From: Eledone cirrhosa
Taxonomy: Eukaryota
Direction: 5' to 3'
Length of the DNA: 64,000 bases
Assembly: GCA_964016885.1 (NCBI GenBank)
Contig: OZ024744.1
Coordinates: forward strand, 108,500,001 to 108,564,000
Below, piece by piece: positions 26,004-39,100 of the stretch; position 1 is the first letter of the stretch, and every line of letters starts with the position of its first letter. A model generated the notes under the pieces. That model saw nothing but the letters and a program-made list of their open reading frames with translations, made no database searches and was not told the DNA's origin. The position numbers were made by a program, and so were the translations under genes.

Positions 26004-26580
26004 ATGGTGGTGGCTGCCAACTCGTTTTCGAGTACGGCCACTACTTTATATCCATGTAGGAGAACCCCCTACCGAAGCGCTGAACGAGTGTGACTTTTTA
26101 GTCCAGCCAGCGACTTGAAAACTCTGGTACAAACACTACACTTGTGACAATTATTGACACATAGTGCTGGGCCCATGGTACCATGTGACGACAAGTGCAG
26201 AGAGATCTCCAGATATAAAGCAATGCCTGTGCCGTGAAGCTATTATAGTGAGCAAAGGCACTGCACAAAGCCAGTCCCACTCTCTTAACCAAGATGATAT
26301 TTACCAAAAAGAAGAACAAGTCAACATCATTGGATACCATCAGGGTTGCAGGTGTTATATCAGAGTTTTCCTTCTCCTAGAATTCTGCCTTGACAAAGGC
26401 TAAGGGGTCATCTCTCTCGGTGATTTTCTATGGCCATTGACTCTTAAGAGCTCCTTTGCCCTTTTGACAGGTTTTGTTTTTAGTCCTGCAGGATGTCCAA
26501 AGTCACCCTCTTCACCAAGAAACCTTGGTGGGGTTTCCAGTTTAGTCGCCAACGACCCGACCATGAGACAGGTTGTGAAA
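26004..26580 (-). mobile_element. Non-autonomous repeat with an RTE-like 5' UTR motif and a hairpin-rich 3' end; partial second copy at 53103-53335 (+)
   Basis: Minus strand contains GGAGAAGGAAAACTCTGAT, which I recognise from RTE 5' UTRs. About 230 bp are shared with 53103-53335. Flanked by (TA)n. Confidence 0.55.
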
Positions 26581-26728
26581 TATATATATATATATATATG
26601 CAAAAGTTTTATTTAAAATGTTGGGTTACAACGAGTAAATATTTTATAACTGATATAAAAGCACTCAACAAGTTTTGGAGTATTTTACGATATTAAACAA
26701 ATGGAAATTACATTTATAAAACCATATT

Positions 26729-26793
26729 TATTTCATTATATATATTTCAGGGATATCATATTAAAATATGGTATGCCCTCTTCAGACAAAATA
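26729..26793 (-). ncRNA. Type-I hammerhead ribozyme in the 3' pseudo-LTR
   Basis: Minus strand: TATTTTGT-CTGAAGA-GGGCATACCATATTTTAATATGATATCCCT-GAAA-TATATA-TA-ATGAAATA (stems I and II, self-complementary stem III). Confidence 0.75.
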
Positions 26794-28136
26794 CAATATA
26801 TAGACAGTTTTATAAATAAATTTGACATACCTTAGAGTTTACAACTTCCATTTAAAAAGTTGTTACGGTAGTGAAAATGTTAAGGACGGTTAGAAAAAAA
26901 AGACGGAGAAAAAAGAAAAAAGGAAAAAGAAAAAGAAGGAGAAAAGAAAAAGAAAGAGCGGAAGGTGAAGAAGATGAAGAAATGTATGTAAAGAGAAAAC
27001 CACCAAATGAGAGATCTATGAGGGAAGGGGGTACTGTAATTATTCATTTGTTTATTTATTTATTTAGTGTTAAGGATACGGGGAGAAATAAAAACAAAAA
27101 TAAATAAGGAGAGGTAGATCGAGTAATATCTATTATACGAGGTGGGAGAGATAGGGGAGGGGTGATATACAGGAGATAGAGTTAAAACAGCCGATATAAG
27201 AGTAGAGGGAGTAGGAGAGGAGATATACTTAGAAACAAAAATGATAGTTTTAAAATATTATGTTTCATCAGTCTATCAATTCATATGAATTATAATGTAA
27301 ACATCAATATTCATGAATGAGACACATATCAATAATGTGTGAAAAAATAGTGACTATATGTTTAGTTTAAAAATTCATAGGTTTATAATCAAAATCTGAG
27401 ATAAAACCTCAAAAAATACTGGAATACATAAGTATATATGTATTTTCATGAAAAAAGAGAAAAGCGAAAGAAAAAGAGAAGGTTATCTCAAACTGACATT
27501 ATAGACACATGCGAATTTACATGATCAGCTCTGTAAATTTTTATTTCACATGGAAATCTTCATTGCGTCAAAAAAAAATGTCCATACACATAAGTGTACA
27601 TACATATACATATACATAAAATATACATTATTAATAATAATAATATTCTTGCCCTTTCTTACATGATTATCGTACAAGCATAGAATAGAACAGATATCAA
27701 TATATTAAAATATTAAAAAGGCCAAGAATACTTTCCTCCCCAGAATATCTAGGAAGGTAATAAAAACACAGTGTGCCCAGCATATCAATCAATCCCTCCA
27801 ATTTATTTGACAATATTGCCAAGTTTATTAGAAGCAATCAGAGTCAAAAGTAAACAAAACCAAAATTATTCACCAAACTTATTTAGCAGAAATCATTCAA
27901 AAAAAAAAAAAAAAAAAAACTTTAGGATACTCGGTTGTTCTACAGATGCTCTTATATTTATTCTAGAAGTTTATCTAGCTTAAAAATTTTATTCAATAGA
28001 TTTGGATCATCATCGTTTTAAGGTAGTTTAATTACATTATTAATTATATATTCATGAAGAAGGTTTAAAGAATTGAAGGAATCGAAAGATTTATCGCCAA
28101 GTTTTCTAAAATAATTAAAAGTCTTGAGTAAATATA

Positions 28137-30334
28137 TTACATTTTAAACTTATATTTATATTTAAAAGTTGAGTTCAATCTATGTCTGCAGCAACTGAAT
28201 AAATTGGTCCGTAAATTAAGGGAATTTTTAGATTTTAGTATAAAGAATATCTCCTCCGCGCAGAGGTCACATGTCTCAGAGGAGGAGTTAAAACCGTCGA
28301 ATATCCAACGTTATCATGTTTAAGTTGCCAGAGTAAGCCTGATAGTGATGTTGAAGATTTTTTGTTTGGATCTGTGAAAGAATTCTTGTGATTATTATAG
28401 CGAAGTTTAAATTCTGTCGAGGTGGAACCAACATAATTAAAAGAATTTAAGTCAGTTTTAACATTACAGTTGTATATTATATTTTTAACTAAGCAATTGT
28501 TATTTAACGGGCATTTAGATCTATCTCTACAGTTACAGTTGCTTACTTGAATATTGTTGATGCTATTATCGGTATTTTGGCTAGGTCTTAGATTCCTATT
28601 ATTTATTCTATTAATATTTTGTGCTAAATTTTTGGTGGACGAGTAGGTTAATTTTATAGTATGTCTATTAAAAATTGAGTGATACTTATGTGTTCTAGGG
28701 AATCGTTTGTCAAGAGCATTAAAAAATAGTTTAGCGATGTGGGTTTTAATGTTTAGTGAGAAGGGGGGGGGGGCAAACCAAATTATGTTTCTAGTTCTAT
28801 TCCTTTTCTGGTTTTTGGAATTATTGTAATTCTTTCTATTATAGTTGTTAAAGTTGTTACCGTAATTAAAATTGTTGTTATTTTGTTTAGTTTGTCTATT
28901 ATTATCTATGTACATAATTTTATCACTATATCCTGCTCTAGCTAACGCTTCATTGTAATACTGGGCTTTTTGGTCGAAAATATTTTTATTAGATGAGATT
29001 CTAGAGATACGTTTTTGAACAGAGTTCACTATAGTATTTTTAACAGATCTGGGGTGGTTGGAGTTAAAGTTGACATAATTCAAGTTTTCATTTAACTTGT
29101 GAAATGGATAGTGAAGACATGTGTTGAGATTTAATGTTACATCTAGGAAATTGACTATTCTATGGTTATTCTCAATTTCTATATTTAGATTAAGGTAATT
29201 AAAAAATTGTATAAATTGTTTTCTTTTTCTATTTAGTTCAGAGTTATTATTTTCAATAAGTAAAAGCATGTCATCTCTATATAATCCTCCGGTAGCACCG
29301 GGTATTTTCCTATGCAGCGAATTAATTATAAATAGGCCCACAAGGTCTGTTACCTGAGCTGAGTCAGATGATCCCATAGTAATGTCAAAATTGCTATCCC
29401 TATCTGCCCTAGTCCATAGTTGGTTATTAAATTCTATCAATGTTTTTCTTGCCGATAGTATAATGTGCATTTCATTGCTAGTTAGGTCAGTATGTTTGAA
29501 TGCATAATTTAGTGCCTTATTTAGTAGGTTAGGGGTAATAGATGAATAGTAGTTAGCAATATCTAGTTGAATAAATTTATTATTATTGTTATATTTAATT
29601 TCTTTAAACCACTCAATAACCTCTCCGGTTCCCTTCCACAAGCTTAAGTTAGGTGAACAATTCAAGTTCTTAATTTGCTGTATCACCCTGTCTAGAATGT
29701 TTTTGCTAAGTTTACCTAGGTCAGATTTTGATGGTGCAATCAATCTGACTGGCAAATCGTTTTCAAAATTTCTTTTGTGATCTTTCATATTGATCTTGGG
29801 TTTCCTGGGCAAGAAAGGTTGTGTTTTGTTCTCAATTTCCAACTCATGCATTATACAAGATGCCTCAACGTTCATTTTCTCAAGTTCAGCCTTATCTGCT
29901 ACCTTGTACTTTTTCCTTAGTTCTTTCAGTATTAGGCCATTATACATGTCTTTATCCAGTCCATAGAGGTAGTTGGTTTTGTCCGATTTCACTAAGATCT
30001 TCTCTGTTCTCTCTAAGCTCACAATATTATCCTTAATGCTTTTCAGATATTCCTGGCCTTTGAAGTTTCTCTTGAATTTGACTCCTTGTATGATAGAGAT
30101 TATATCGTTTTCAAAATCAATTAAAAGTTTGTTGGGGGGTGGATTATTTTTAGATTTGAAAACTTTATCTAAGTCTGAGACATTTTCATTTGTATTAGAT
30201 TTATCAAAGTGGAATGCACGCCACCTGATTCTCCTTATAAAAGAGTCTGATTTATCTATTAATTGTTTAATAAAGTCTTTGTTTCTAGGTAGAGGTATGT
30301 CTTTTAGAGAAGAAGAGATCTTAAAGAATTCCAT
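28137..30334 (-). CDS. Penelope-like reverse transcriptase + GIY-YIG endonuclease (699 aa open; C-terminus frameshifted near 28295)
   Basis: KSDKT, LDIANYYSSI, ITMGS, GLYRDDML, FLDVTL, CNCRDRSKCPL, NIIY..YVGSTSTEFKLRYNNH. An alternate frame continues CDLCAEEIFFIL..LN..SCCRHR to a stop near 28137. Confidence 0.88.
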
Positions 30335-30512
30335 TTTTTCAGTTATAATATAAAGCGCTCAACAGTATTGGAGCAAAATATATGCAAAAGTTTTATTTAA
30401 AATGTTGGGTTACAACGAGTAAATATTTTATAACTGATATAAAAGCACTCAACAGGTTTTGGAGTATTTTACGATATTAAACAAAGGGAAATTACATTTA
30501 TAAAACCATATT

Positions 30513-30577
30513 TATTTCATTATATATATTTCAGGGATATCATATTAAAATATGGTATGCCCTCTTCAGACAAAATA
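30513..30577 (-). ncRNA. Type-I hammerhead ribozyme in the 5' pseudo-LTR
   Basis: Same motif as 26729-26793. Confidence 0.75.
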
Positions 30578-30660
30578 CAATATATAGACAGTTTTATAAA
30601 TAAATTTGACATACCTTAGAGTTTACAACTTCCATTTAAAAAGTTGTTACGGTAGTGAAA

Positions 30661-30884
<224 letters not shown>

Positions 30885-31674
30885 AGAATCAAAGCTATGT
30901 TCAAAGCATTTATTCACTTACAATTGTTTCATCCAAACCTAGGCTTGGGGTCTTCGGACCATTTTTCAATGTTTGTACACATAATTGACCTCCTTTCCAA
31001 CGCAAGAGACATACAGATACATATATATATATTGATGTACAGTGGAGTGACATATATTATACTATATTATTTCTGTATAGCAATTCAAATTCAAAATCAA
31101 AATCAAATTTAAAATTAAAACAAAATTAAAACAAAATTAAAACAAAATTAAAATACATTCGGCAGTTAACATAGATAATGCAAGAGGATAGTTTGTTAGT
31201 CAGATGTAGTAGTTAGTGTATGCGTTAGTTACACGTGGGGCATGCAAGTGTGTCTCATTTATATATGATTATTGTGTGGCAGGGTGTTACATGTAATACA
31301 AGCACTTTAAGCCGGTAAGTAAGAGTATTATGGTGGTTGTAGTGGTAAGGTATTTTTTGTATATAACTGCTCTGTAGAACAACTGATGTTATTACATTGA
31401 GCTATTTATCTTACTGGTAATAAGGTAGTAATAAATTACTGACCTTCACTGTTTAGGGTTTAAAATATACATAACTATAAAAAGTTTTAGTATATACATA
31501 ACCATAAATAGTATCCTTAATATTATATATATATTCAGGTTTGAGGTTCACCACTGGATAGAGCTGGTCAATTCCGTATGGTCAATCTTAATGTAATAAT
31601 ATGGAGAGTACTCAACGTAAAGCAGTTCAACCGTCTTTGTTTTTGTAGTTGGCGGTGCTGGTACGGAGTTAAAT

Positions 31675-32071
31675 ATTATAATGAAATGACAGGAGGCTGG
31701 ACTTGTGTAAATACTTGAAAGGTTTATTATACTATGATCATTTCAATGACCGGGTTCCGTATGAATCCGGTAATATCATCAGGTATTCGAAATATAATAA
31801 ATGAATGTAATAGATAAAATCCATGGGGCTGAAAATCAACCAGTAACAGATCTTGAGGGCGACTGGCAAAGGTGGAAGATGCTGGATGGCGGTCGTCCTT
31901 CGGTCTTTGATTTTCAGCCCCATGGATTTTATCTATTACATTCATTTATTATATTTCGAATACCTGATGATATTACCGGATTCATACGGAACCCGCTCAT
32001 TGAAATGATCATAGTATAATAACCCTTTCAAGGATTTACACAAGTCCAGCCTCCTGTCATTTCATTATAAT
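31675..32071. mobile_element. Inverted-repeat element (~164-bp arms, ~68-bp spacer) with a hammerhead motif in each arm
   Basis: Plus arm: ATAC-CTGATGA(31964)-stem II-GAAA(32002)-TGATCA-TA-GTAT. Mirrored on - at about 31729-31786. Confidence 0.8.
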
Positions 32072-32092
32072 TATATATATATATATATATAT

Positions 32093-32592
32093 ATTTGTTG
32101 GGTGTTCCCTCCACGACACGTTTAAAGCACCGCGGAGCATACGTGTGTATGCCCCGTCTAGCTTTTTCTCCAGTTTCGACGTTAGCGTCCAAGTGATAGA
32201 GCCATAAACAAGCACAGACTCCACAGCAGCTCTGAAGAAATTCCTTTTCAGTTTGGCCGGCAGGTTTGATTTCCATATCTTTTCCATTGCATTCAACAAA
32301 TAAGGATCTCTATGGCAATGTACCACCTACCAGCAGGTCAATACGTGGACAGAGACTCAGATTTGCTGGCCACTGTTGGCGCAGCAAGGAAGAAATAGCA
32401 GGTGATGTATTGTTATGGAGTCAATCTCATGGAACAAGAAACGCTGGTCGTCCCAAGAAGACATACGTCAAGCAACTTGAGGACGATACTGGATGCACTG
32501 CGGAAGAACTGGCAAACGCTATGAGAGACAGAGATGGATGGAGGAAACGTGTCGTAGAAAGCCGAGCAAGCTCGACCTGATGATCATGATGT
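32093..32592 (+). mobile_element. RTE-type LINE 3' fragment with an inverted 5' segment (twin-priming structure) and a TGA-repeat tail
   Basis: The minus piece ends ..SWREHPTN at the left edge. The plus piece resumes TNKDLYG..RLRFAGHCWR..GRPKKTY..DRDGWRKRV. Confidence 0.8.
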
Positions 32593-32594
32593 GT

Positions 32595-32850
32595 ATATAT
32601 ATTGTTATGCTTTGGGAGGGTCATGTTGCCAATAAGAAACACACGCACCACTTGCTTTCACTCCAATTTATTATAAATTAAATTATAAATTTAAAATTTT
32701 TTATAAATTTCCGGTTGGCTGGTTGGTTCCACAACCGGACGGTTGTTCATATATTGTCAAAGTTCTTTCGTCACACATTCTGTGACCTCTTCAGTGACTG
32801 GGGATTCTTTTCTTTGTTTTGTGCCTCTCCTTTGTTCTGTCCTGCGCCAT
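32595..32850 (-). mobile_element. Small hammerhead-bearing repeat (family also at 51269 and 54920)
   Basis: Minus: GTCA-CTGAAGA-GGTCACAGAATGTGTGAC-GAAA-GAAC-TT-TGAC at about 32755-32798. Confidence 0.7.
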
Positions 32851-33249
32851 CTTGTTTTTGTGTGTGTTGTGTGCTTAGTTTGCGCATGTTTTACATCCGG
32901 GTGTCTGTGTGAGTTTTTATTTGTTTATTTATTTGTTTATTTACATGTTACTGGTTGGTTGTTCGTTCTATGTGTGTGTGTTTTCATTTTGTCCTTAATT
33001 GTAAGTTGTGATGTTGCTATTCCATTCATGTTTTCTATTTAATTTTGGTTGGAGTTCATTTATTTTTTATTACCTCTGTGATTTGTCTAAACATTGCGTC
33101 TTTTCTGTGTGTAGATTTTATTTTTATTTCTATGTTCTCTAATTTGCCCTTATGTTCTATTTTAGCATGTTGGTGGAGTACTGATGATTCTTTTCTATCT
33201 TGAAGCTCTCGCCAGTGTTCATTTAAACGATTAAACGATTAAACGATGA

Positions 33250-34215
33250 ACGAATTCGCCACCTCTGTCCGACCTTTCAGGGACAGCTTCCTCTCGGCCT
33301 ATTTCTGGGTGAGAGAGGCCACCCTGCCCGTCACCTCGCTCCAGTTTTACTCCATCTGGAGGTCCAGACCGAACCAGATCCCGAGCAATTTAACCAGTCC
33401 TTCTGTCCAGCGTCACACGACGCTTTCGGGCGGCATGGACTTGCCTCTCCAGGTGCCAAGTGGCAAGCACACCGACTTTTCCTGGTTCACCTTTGCTACT
33501 ATCACCGCTTCGTATTCCTTGAGAGCGGTGCCGACATGTCCGGTGCTCGACACCACCAGTTCGCGTAGGACACCCCTCATCATCCCCAATTTGTGCAGTA
33601 ACGGCTCAAGATCCAATACGTACATGAGCGACGAGAGGGGACAACCCTGACGGACCAAGGGCATGATGCTGAACGGCTGTGACGAGTGACCGTTCATCCT
33701 CACAACCGAGCAGATGGTGATGTGCATTGCAGCGATTCAACCTCTGAAAACGGGCCCAAAGCCGGCCGCCTCGAGGACCGCCGCCAGGTACCGATTGTCT
33801 ACCCTATCAAATGCCATAGATTGATCCAAGTTGATGAGGTCCCCACCCGTGTCAGGTTCCTTAACCACACTCTCTATGATGTATCGCATGAACTGGTGGG
33901 TGTTGTAAATGGATCTGTCTGGAATGGCGCATGTCTGCGCCTCTTCCACCAGATCACCGACAACAAGCGCCAATCTCGTTGCTAACACTTTGACCAAAAT
34001 CTTGAACTCTGCGTTTAGGAGAGTTATGGGCCTGAAGTTGTCAATAACGTCCCCCTTGTTCGGGTCTTTTCTCAGCAGCGCCATCGCTCCCCGGCTCACA
34101 AAACTGGAAATACTCCCGTTCTGCTGCCAGATGCAGTAAAGATCTGCCAAGAGGTCGCCGAACAAGTCTGGCATGTACGCATAAAGCTCGTAGGGAAGAC
34201 CATCCAAACCTGGTA
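33250..34215 (-). pseudogene. Older, diverged Tx1 ORF2 (RT) fragment of the same family as copies A-C
   Basis: DGLPYELY, FRPITLLNAEFKIL, DQSMAFDRVD, VRQGCPLS, with stops and deletions. Confidence 0.85.
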
Positions 34216-34312
34216 ATTTTAAATTACTATTCTTAAAGGAATGTTGGCCGTAGCAAAAATCATTAACACCTATTTATACTCCTTTTAACTCACTCTTATT
34301 TATAATTATTTA

Positions 34313-34600
34313 CTAGCAGAATGGCCCGGCGTTGCTCGGGATTTGCTCCAGGGGTCTTATATATTTGATATATATTTATCCTTATCGAGCCTCGTGAAAT
34401 AAATACGTTTGTTTATATTTTGTTATTGTGTATGCAAAACTATCTGTACACGAATATATAATTATATATATATATATATATATTAAAATAACAGATTAAA
34501 GTTTAAGCAAAGAATCGCTGCTTTCACCCTTAACGGGATCTTCTGAAACTAAAATAATAAATCTGTGAACGCAGAAGTAAATATTTCGAAAAACGTTACA

Positions 34601-34668
<68 letters not shown>

Positions 34669-35682
34669 TATATATATATACACACACCGCGTCATAATGA
34701 CGTAATGCAAACAGCCAGACATACAGACATATATTATAAAGGCGCAACGTTATATCTATGTATCTATCTAAAAAGAGAAAGACTAAGAATTATAGAGAGA
34801 GATCGCTAAATCGCCTAATGCGGTCCCTAGGGCATTGAAAATTTGAAATATTTTAATATATGTATATATATATAATTATATATTCGTGTACAGATATTTT
34901 GCATACACAATAACTAAATATAAACAAACGTATTTATTTCACGAGGCTCGATAAAGATAAATATATATCAATATAAGAACGCTAGAGCAAATCCCGAGCA
35001 ACGCCGGACCATTCTGCTAGTCTATATATCTAAAACAGAGAATGTCTGTCTGTCTGTCCGATCACTAAAACTTGAGAACCACCCAACCGATTGTTTTCAA
35101 ATTTTACACATGTAATACACTGTGTTTGTGAATGCAAACATATCTGTACACATATAACATTTTAAAGTTTAAGCAAAGAATCGCTGCTTTCAACCTTAAC
35201 AGGATCTTCTGAAACTAAAAAAAAAATCAATCTGTGAACGCAGATGTAAATATTTCGAAAAGCGTTGCAACCGAAGGAAAACAGGAAGACGATACTTTGA
35301 TTCCTGAAGACGTTCCCTGGCATAAGAATATATATATATATATACACACAAACTATATATACATATATACACACACACACACACTGATCGCGTCGTAATG
35401 ACGTAATGCAGACAGATATTATAAGGACGCGACGGATATTATAAAGGCGGTGGATTGGCAGTATCGGTAGAGGGTCGGACGCCATGCTTTCCAGCATAGT
35501 TACGTCCCTTTACGATCTGAGTTCAAATCCCGCCGAGGTTGACTTTGCCTTTCATCCTTACGGGGTCGATAAAATAAAGTACCAGTAATATACTGGGTAA
35601 TTGCTGGCCTTGTGCCTAACGTAGAAACAATTATAGGGACGCGACGTTATAACTATGTATCTATCTAAAAAGAGAAAGACTA

Positions 35683-35761
<79 letters not shown>

Positions 35762-35930
35762 GCTAAATCCCCTAATGCGGTCCCTAGGGCATTGAAAATT
35801 TGAAATATTCTTTGCTCAGAACACTCATAGAACCATAAGTATTACATGTGTAAAGATTAAAAACAATCGGTTGGGTGGTTCTCGAGTTTTAGTGATCGGA
35901 CAGACATTCTCTGTTTTAGATATATTTATA
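34313..35930 (-). mobile_element. Non-autonomous Helitron-like tandem dimer with an inverted junction segment
   Basis: 3' hairpin + CTAG on - at 34313. On +, CCCGAGCAACGCCGG..CTAG|TCTATATATC at 35017-35022. 5' part on - at about 35815-35930. The interior is duplicated (about 34495-34850 vs 35160-35810). Confidence 0.65.
35446..35634 (+). mobile_element. tRNA-derived SINE inserted in the Helitron-like element
   Basis: A-box-like TGGCAGTATCGG and B-box-like GTTCAAATCC. Same body as the other SINE copies. Confidence 0.85.
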
Positions 35931-36165
35931 GTACATTTCCTATAGTATCCCTCTATCTTATTAACCCTCACTATCTAGGCCTCTCTCCTCCTTTTGTGAC
36001 TTTTATATACTCTTTCGCCATATTCTTTATATACCCCTTCTTGAAAATCATTTTAATTTTAATTTCTATCTATATTTTTCTTTTTCTTTATTATCTTTTT
36101 ATTTTTATAGAGCTTCCTCAACACTGTACTTTAATTAACCACTAGAGGAACATTATCCTAGTAAT

Positions 36166-39100
36166 TTGACCTCTTACACTCTGGTATACATAGCTTGACC
36201 TCTTACACTGTATACATAGCTTGACCTCTTACACTCTACTATACATAGCTTGACCTCTTACACTCTGGTATACATAGCTTGATCTCTTACACTCTGGTAT
36301 ATATAGCTTGACCTCTTACACTCTGGTATACATAGCTTGACCTCTTACACTCTGGTATATATAGCTTGACCTCTTACACTCTGGTATACATAGCTTGACG
36401 TCTTACACTCTGGTATACATAGCTTGACCTCTTACACTCTGGTATAAATAGCTTGACCTCTTACACTCTGGTATACATAGCTTGACGTCTTACACTCTGG
36501 TATACATAGCTTGACCTCTTACACTCTGGTATAAATAGCTTGACGTCTTACACTCTGGTATACATAGCTTGACGTCTTACACTCTGGTATACATAGCTTG
36601 ACCTCTTACACTCTGGTATATATAGCTTGACGTCTTACACTCTGGTATACATAGCTTGACGTCTTACACACTGGTATATATAGCTTGACCTCTTACACTC
36701 TGGTATATATATCTTGACCTCTTACACTCTGGTATACATAGCTTGACCTCTTACACTCTGGTATATATAGCTTGACCTCTTACACTCTGGTATAAATAGC
36801 TTGACGTCTTACACACTGGTATATATAGCTTGACCTCTTACACTCTGGTATATATATCTTGACCTCTTACACTCTGGTATACATAGCTTGACGTCTTACA
36901 CACTGGTATATATAGCTTGACCTCTTACACTCTAGTATACATAGCTTGACCTCTTACACTCTGGTATACATAGCTTGACCTCTTACACTCTGGTATACAT
37001 AGCTTGACCTCTTACACTGTATACATAGCTTGACCTCTTACACTCTGGTATATATAGCTTGACCTCTTACACTCTGGTATACATAGCTTGACCTCTTACA
37101 CTCTGGTATAAATAGCTTGACCTCTTACACTCTGGTATACATAGCTTGACCTCTTACACTCTGGTATACATAGCTTGACCTCTTACACTCTGGTATACAT
37201 AGCTTGACGTCTTACACTCTGGTATATATAGCTTGACGTCTTACACTCTGGTATACATAGCTTGACCTCTTACACTCTGGTATAAATAGCTTGACCTCTT
37301 ACACTCTGGTATACATAGCTTGACCTCATACACTCTGGTATATATAGCTTGACCTCTTACACTGTATACATAGCTTGACCTCTTACACTCTGGTATACAT
37401 AGCTTGACCTCTTACACTCTGGTATATATAGCTTGACGTCTTACACTCTGGTATATATAGCTTGACCTCTTACACTCTGGTATACATAGCTTGACCTCTT
37501 ACACTCTGGTATACATAGCTTGACCTCTTACACTCTGGTATATATAGCTTGAGGTCTTACACACTGGCATATATAGCTTGACCTCTTACACTCTGGTATA
37601 TATAGCTTGACGTCTTACACTCTGGTATATATAGCTTGACCTCTTACACTCTAGTATACATAGCTTGACCTCTTACACTCTGGTGTACATAGCTTGACGT
37701 GTTACACACTGGTATACATAGCTTGACCTCTTACACTCTGGTATACATAGCTTGATCTCTTACACTCTGGTATATATAGCTTGACCTCTTACACTCTGGT
37801 ATATATAGCTTGACGTCTTACACTCTGGTATACATAGCTTGACCTCTTACACTCTGGTATACATAGCTTGACCTCTTACACTCTGGTATAAATAGCTTGA
37901 CGTCTTACACTCTGGTATACATAGCTTGACCTCTTACACTCTGGTATATATAGCTTGACCTCTTACACTCTGGTATATATAGCTTGACGTCTTACACTCT
38001 GGTATACATAGCTTGACCTCTTACACTCTAGTATACATAGCTTGACCTCTTAGACTCTGGTGTACATAGCTTGACGTGTTACACACTGGTATACATAGCT
38101 TGACCTCTTACACTCTGGTATACATAGCTTGAGGTCTTACACTCTGGTATACATAGCTTGATCTCTTACACTCTGGTATATATAGCTTGACCTCTTACAC
38201 TCTGGTATACATAGCTTGACCTCTTACACTCTGGTATATATAGCTTGACCTCTTACACTCTGGTATACATAGCTTGAACTCTTACACTCTGGTATACATA
38301 GCTTGACCTCTTACACTCTAGTATACATAGCTTGACCTCTTACACTCTGGTATACATAGTTTGAACTCTTACACTCTGGTATACATAGCTTGACCTCTTA
38401 CACTCTGGTATATATAGCTTGACGTCTTACACTCTAGTATACATAGCTTGACGTCTTACACTCTGGTATATATAGCTTGACCTCTTACACTCTGGTATAA
38501 ATAGCTTGACCTCTTACACTCTGGTATAAATAGCTTGACGTCTTACACTCTGGTATATATAGCTTGACCTCTTACACTCTGGTATATATAGCTTGACGTC
38601 TTACACTCTGGTATATATAGCTTGACCTCTTACACTCTGGTATACATAGCTTGACCTCTTACACTCTGGTATATATAGCTTGATCTCTTACACTCTGGTA
38701 TATATAGCTTGACCTCTTACACTCTGGTATATATAGCTTGACCTCTTACACTCTGGTATATATAGCTTGACGTCTTACACTCTGGTATACATAGCTTGAC
38801 CTCTTACACTCTAGTATACATAGCTTGACCTCTTACACTCTGGTGTACATAGCTTGACGTGTTACACACTGGTATACATAGCTTGACCTCTTACACTCTG
38901 GTATACATAGCTTGAGGTCTTACACTCTGGTATACATAGCTTGATCTCTTACACTCTGGTATATATAGCTTGACCTCTTACACTCTGGTATACATAGCTT
39001 GACCTCTTACACTCTGGTATATATAGCTTGACCTCTTACACTCTGGTATACATAGCTTGACCTCTTACACTCTGGTATACATAGCTTGAACTCTTACACT

